64,000 bases of DNA. It comes from an uncultured Acidobacteriota bacterium. Lineage in GTDB: Bacteria > Acidobacteriota > UBA6911. The notes below the pieces were generated by a model that worked only from the letters and a program-made list of their open reading frames with translations, had not been told where the DNA came from and searched no databases. Positions 60,350 through 64,000 of the stretch are shown one piece after another (the stretch's first letter is position 1; every line of letters starts with the position of its first letter). A program made the position numbers and the translations under genes. The DNA is taken from the NCBI GenBank assembly GCA_963843575.1, contig CAWJKZ010000026.1:126085-190084 (forward strand), read 5' to 3'.

Positions 60350-61851
60350 TGAGGACGACACGAGGCGCGCGACATGGTCTGCCGGTCCTCTGGTTCCTCG
60401 TGGCGATTTCGGCCGCGGCACAACAGGGGTCCGGCCCGTCCCACCCACGCGAGCTGAAGTTTGCGCCCCTGCAGTACTCGACCCCGCAGCGCGCCGCCTA
60501 TCGGCACCAGCTCGGCAACGGCGTGGTGGGGTATTTCGTCGAGGATCACGACCTGCCGCTCGTCACGGTTTCGGTGACGATACGGGCGGGCTCGTATCTG
60601 GACCCTGCTGGAAAAACCGGACTTGCGTTCGCCACCGGCAGCCAGTTGCGCGCGGGCGGCACGGTCCATCACAGCGCCGACCAGTTCGACGAGGAAACCG
60701 ATTTTCTCGCCGCGTCCATCTCGAGCTTCATGGGTCCGACCTCGGGGGCGGCGTCGGTCAACTTCCTCTCCAAAGACACCGCGCGGGCCCTGGAGCTGTT
60801 TTTCGACATGCTGCGCAATCCGGCGTTTCAGCCCGACCGGTTCGCGCTTTACCGGAGCCAGCAACTGCAGCAGATCGAAAGACGCAACGACCGGACCGAC
60901 GAAATCGAGGCCCGGGAGTGGAACCGTCTCCTGCGGGGCCCGAAACACTTCACCAGCCAGCCGACCACGAAGGCCTCTATCACCTCACTGAGCCGCGAGG
61001 ACCTGGCGGCATTCCACCGGCGGTACTACCATCCGGCGAATTTCATCCTGGCGGTCTCCGGTGATTTCACCACGGCCGACATGAAGGCGCGGCTTGAAGC
61101 CGCGATGGCGGGCTGGGTCGGCCCGGGAGTGACCGTTCGCTCCGTGCCGGCCCCGGATTTCTCGCCGGTGCCCGGGGTTTATCTGGTGAACAAACCCGAT
61201 GTCAACCAGGCCCGCGTCTCCATCGGGCAACTCGGAATTATGCGCGGCAACCCCGACGAGTTTGCGATCGATCTGATGAACGACATCCTGGGAGGTTCCG
61301 GGTTCACGTCGCGCATCACCAACCGCGTCCGTTCGGACGAGGGGCTCGCCTACAGCGCCGGCTCGTCGTTCTCCGCGGGCGTCTACTTCCCCGGGCAGTT
61401 CCGCGCATCGTTCCAGAGCAAGGATGCGACGGCGGCTCAGGCGGCGCGAATCGTCCTGGACGAGATAGAGCGCATACGCGCGGAAAAGGTCTCGGCCGAG
61501 GAACTGGAGACCGTGAAGAACAACGCCATCGAGATCTTCCCCCGCTTCTTCGCTTCGGCTGCCGCGGTCGCGGGCACGTTTGCCTCGGACGAACTGACGG
61601 GCAGGGACCCGAAATACTGGGACGTCTACCGTGACCGGCTCCGCTCGGTTACGCAGGACGACGTGTTGCGTGTCGCTCGAAAGTACCTCGATCCCTCCAA
61701 GATGGTGATCCTGGCCGTCGGCAACGTCGACGGGATACTCAAGGCGGACCGGGAGAATCCGCAATACGGATTCGAAAAGATTGCGGGGGGCAGGCCGCTG
61801 GTCCGGATTCCACTGCCCGATCCGGCCACCATGGTCTACCCGCCGCAGTGA
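60346..61851 (+). CDS. M16B peptidase, non-catalytic subunit
   Basis: Lacks HxxEH. Has RVRSDEGLAY (R/Y pair). Overlaps the preceding gene. Confidence 0.88.
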   Translation: MMRTTRGARHGLPVLWFLVAISAAAQQGSGPSHPRELKFAPLQYSTPQRAAYRHQLGNGVVGYFVEDHDLPLVTVSVTIRAGSYLDPAGKTGLAFATGSQLRAGGTVHHSADQFDEETDFLAASISSFMGPTSGAASVNFLSKDTARALELFFDMLRNPAFQPDRFALYRSQQLQQIERRNDRTDEIEAREWNRLLRGPKHFTSQPTTKASITSLSREDLAAFHRRYYHPANFILAVSGDFTTADMKARLEAAMAGWVGPGVTVRSVPAPDFSPVPGVYLVNKPDVNQARVSIGQLGIMRGNPDEFAIDLMNDILGGSGFTSRITNRVRSDEGLAYSAGSSFSAGVYFPGQFRASFQSKDATAAQAARIVLDEIERIRAEKVSAEELETVKNNAIEIFPRFFASAAAVAGTFASDELTGRDPKYWDVYRDRLRSVTQDDVLRVARKYLDPSKMVILAVGNVDGILKADRENPQYGFEKIAGGRPLVRIPLPDPATMVYPPQ

Positions 61852-62136
61852 GCGGTCACTAACGGCCGAAGCCCCTGAATTTCAGCGGGGGACTGCGAGC
61901 AGACGGGCCGCCGGCAGATCGCGGAGCACGCGCTCGGGCGGAAGGTGCAGCACTGTTTTTTCGAGATCCGTCGCGACGTCTACCCTGAGATACATTGCAC
62001 GGCGACCGAAACGGGGCATGGTTCTTGGGTGGAGCGCTTCCGCGCGCGTCGGCGAGGAATTGTCCGTGGCGGTGTGAGCCGGGCCGCGCGGGACGGCGCC
62101 AGCGATATTTGACCTGCACTATGGAAGGAGGCACAC

Positions 62137-62904
62137 ATGTCGGGATCGCAGTCGCAGGAGCTGGTCATCGAGGTTTGCGTCGATTCGGTGGAGTCGGCGA
62201 TAGAGGCTGAGCGAGGCGGCGCGGACCGCGTGGAGCTGTGCGACAACCTGCTGGAGGGAGGAACGACACCCAGCGCGGGCGCCATCGAGACGGCGCGCCG
62301 CCGGTTGCGCATAAACCTGCACGTGATCATCCGGCCGCGCGGCGGAGACTTCTGCTACTCCGAGGTGGAGTTCGAGATCATGAGGCGCGACATCGGCGTC
62401 GCGAAAGCGCTGGGGGTCGACGGTGTCGTCATCGGGATCCTGACCCCCGACGGCGCGGTCGACATGGAACGGACGCGGCAGCTGATCGAACTCGCGCGAC
62501 CGTTGAGCGTCACGTTTCACCGCGCCTTCGACGTGACGCGCGATCCCTACCAGGCCCTCGAAGAACTCGTCGCACTCGGGATCGACCGCATCTTAACCTC
62601 GGGGCAGGAGGCCTCGGTCGTCGAGGGGCTCGACACCATTGCCGAGCTCGTGCGCCGGGCGGCGGGCCGTGTCCTCGTCATGCCCGGTGGCGGGACGGAA
62701 CGTAACCTCCCCAAGGTGCTGGCGGTCGCCGGGGTACACGAAGTCCACGTGATCGGACTCGCGTCCGTCGAGAGCCCGATGCGCTTCCGCAACCCGCGGG
62801 TGTTCATGGGCGGCGAGCTCCGACCGCCGGAATACACCCGCACGGTCACCGATGCCGGAAAGATCAGGGCCCTCCGGGAAGCGGCCCGGCAGGCCGCTTC
62901 CTGA
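62137..62904 (+). CDS. cutC: Copper homeostasis protein CutC
   Basis: EVCVDS, RVELC, GGTTPS, IRPRGGDF, TFHRAFD, RILTSG. Confidence 0.95.
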   Translation: MSGSQSQELVIEVCVDSVESAIEAERGGADRVELCDNLLEGGTTPSAGAIETARRRLRINLHVIIRPRGGDFCYSEVEFEIMRRDIGVAKALGVDGVVIGILTPDGAVDMERTRQLIELARPLSVTFHRAFDVTRDPYQALEELVALGIDRILTSGQEASVVEGLDTIAELVRRAAGRVLVMPGGGTERNLPKVLAVAGVHEVHVIGLASVESPMRFRNPRVFMGGELRPPEYTRTVTDAGKIRALREAARQAAS

Positions 62905-62933
62905 GCCGTATGCGGTGCCGGTGTCGTCGGTGC

Positions 62934-63257
62934 CTACCCGGCCTTGCGGATGGTATCCACCTTGATGGCTGAACCGTCCCCCGACGCGGTGCCCCTGAGC
63001 ACGACCTTGTCGCCAGCGAACTTCCTGGCCTCGGCCTGCTTGTCCAGCTTGTATATCTTGCCGTCGGCGACAAGCACGGCCGCCGCGCCCGACGCGATGC
63101 AGCTCCTGGCGCAGGCCGCGTGGCCCGGGTCGGCCCCTTTCTTGGGCGCGCAGCCCGCGTCGGAGATATACCCGGTCCACTCCGCTGCATACGCGCCGCC
63201 GCCGACGAGCATCCCGAGCAGAAGTGTCGCTGAAATTCGCCTGGTCAACCTCTTCAC
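62934..63257 (-). CDS. Small secreted Cys/His protein (DUF5818-like OB fold)
   Basis: Signal peptide, then WTGYISDAGC...HAACARSC...G...KVVLRG. Confidence 0.7.
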   Translation of the reverse strand: MKRLTRRISATLLLGMLVGGGAYAAEWTGYISDAGCAPKKGADPGHAACARSCIASGAAAVLVADGKIYKLDKQAEARKFAGDKVVLRGTASGDGSAIKVDTIRKAG

Positions 63258-63328
63258 ACTCCTCAATGCCGGTCCTGAAATAGAAACCGACGCTTGAATT
63301 CTACCATGCGGCGGGGAGGGTGCTGGGC

Positions 63329-63961
63329 TCAGGGCGTGGCCACGAACCGCTTGGGCCCCGAGACGCACGGCGAGTCTCGATCGACGAAGCGGAGCGGCCA
63401 CTCGCGCGCTTCGCCGGCGTAGTCGATGCCTATGCGCGGTGTTACGGCAAGCCGCGGGGCAGGCGTCGGCCCCCCCAGCACGCGGACGGCCCCGCCGCCC
63501 AGCAGGTCGAGGCCGCTGAGCCTCGCAGTGATGCCCAGCCGCGCGCAAAGACGCCCCGGCCCGGAAAGCAGCTTCGGCGGACAGCCGTCGGGTACTCCGG
63601 CGGCCCGGAGGAGGACGGCCTCCGCGACTCCTTGGCAGCCGGTCACGACGTTGGCGCAGAAATGCATGCCGTATACCAGGAAAACGTACAGGTGGCCCCC
63701 GTCCATGTACATCGGCTCGACCCGTGCAGTCCGCCTCCCTCCCCACGAGTGTGCCGCCCGGTCCTTCGGGCCGAGATAGGCCTCCGTTTCGACGATCCGT
63801 GCTCCGTACCAGTGCCCGCGGTAGCACCGCGCGATCCAAGCCCCGACCAGCCGACGCGCGACCTCGACGGTGTCCTGGCGGAAGAAGCCCCGGTCGAAGT
63901 CGTCGAGCTCCGGCAACCGGGGATCCAGCAGTAGTCTCGAGTCAGGGGCGATCTGAGCCAT
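63329..63961 (-). CDS. DNA-3-methyladenine glycosylase (AAG/MPG family)
   Basis: IVETEAY, YVFLVYGMH, AVLLRA, GPGRL, PRIGI. Confidence 0.92.
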   Translation of the reverse strand: MAQIAPDSRLLLDPRLPELDDFDRGFFRQDTVEVARRLVGAWIARCYRGHWYGARIVETEAYLGPKDRAAHSWGGRRTARVEPMYMDGGHLYVFLVYGMHFCANVVTGCQGVAEAVLLRAAGVPDGCPPKLLSGPGRLCARLGITARLSGLDLLGGGAVRVLGGPTPAPRLAVTPRIGIDYAGEAREWPLRFVDRDSPCVSGPKRFVATP

Positions 63962-64000
63962 ATCGAATGTCCCAGGCCAAGAGGCGGGGGCCCATCATCG

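Overview
A GC-rich bacterial window, most likely Acidobacteriota (three Acidobacterial-type VWA proteins, LPXT-sortase pair, Omp85 barrels; inference). Gene content: a TamA/BamA-type barrel, a cluster of four GT-C membrane glycosyltransferases with a GT2 and a methyltransferase, fhs, a dispersed general-stress gene set (DUF883/YqjE/DUF3618/CsbD/lmo0937/YeaQ/BON/OmpA, SOD, PPK2, LigD-Pol, Ku and ferritin remnants), an IPMDH-lyase-LeuCD-acnA block, galTK, an Hpt-RR-RR module, aceE, S9 and M16 peptidases, cutC and mpg. The main find is an ORF-free unit at ~45060-45770. It has a sigma-54 -24/-12 promoter, then four tandem ~65-70 nt hairpins at ~100-106 nt spacing, then an intrinsic terminator. The stems differ in sequence but keep their pairing, with G.U wobbles favouring the + strand, and every loop carries GAGUUAGGGGG. 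I do not recognise this putative ~680-nt multi-hairpin ncRNA. Further -24/-12 motifs precede seven stress/envelope units, suggesting a sigma-54 stress regulon that includes this RNA. Several housekeeping genes carry single-base frameshifts that look like long-read indel errors, so homopolymer lengths are uncertain.
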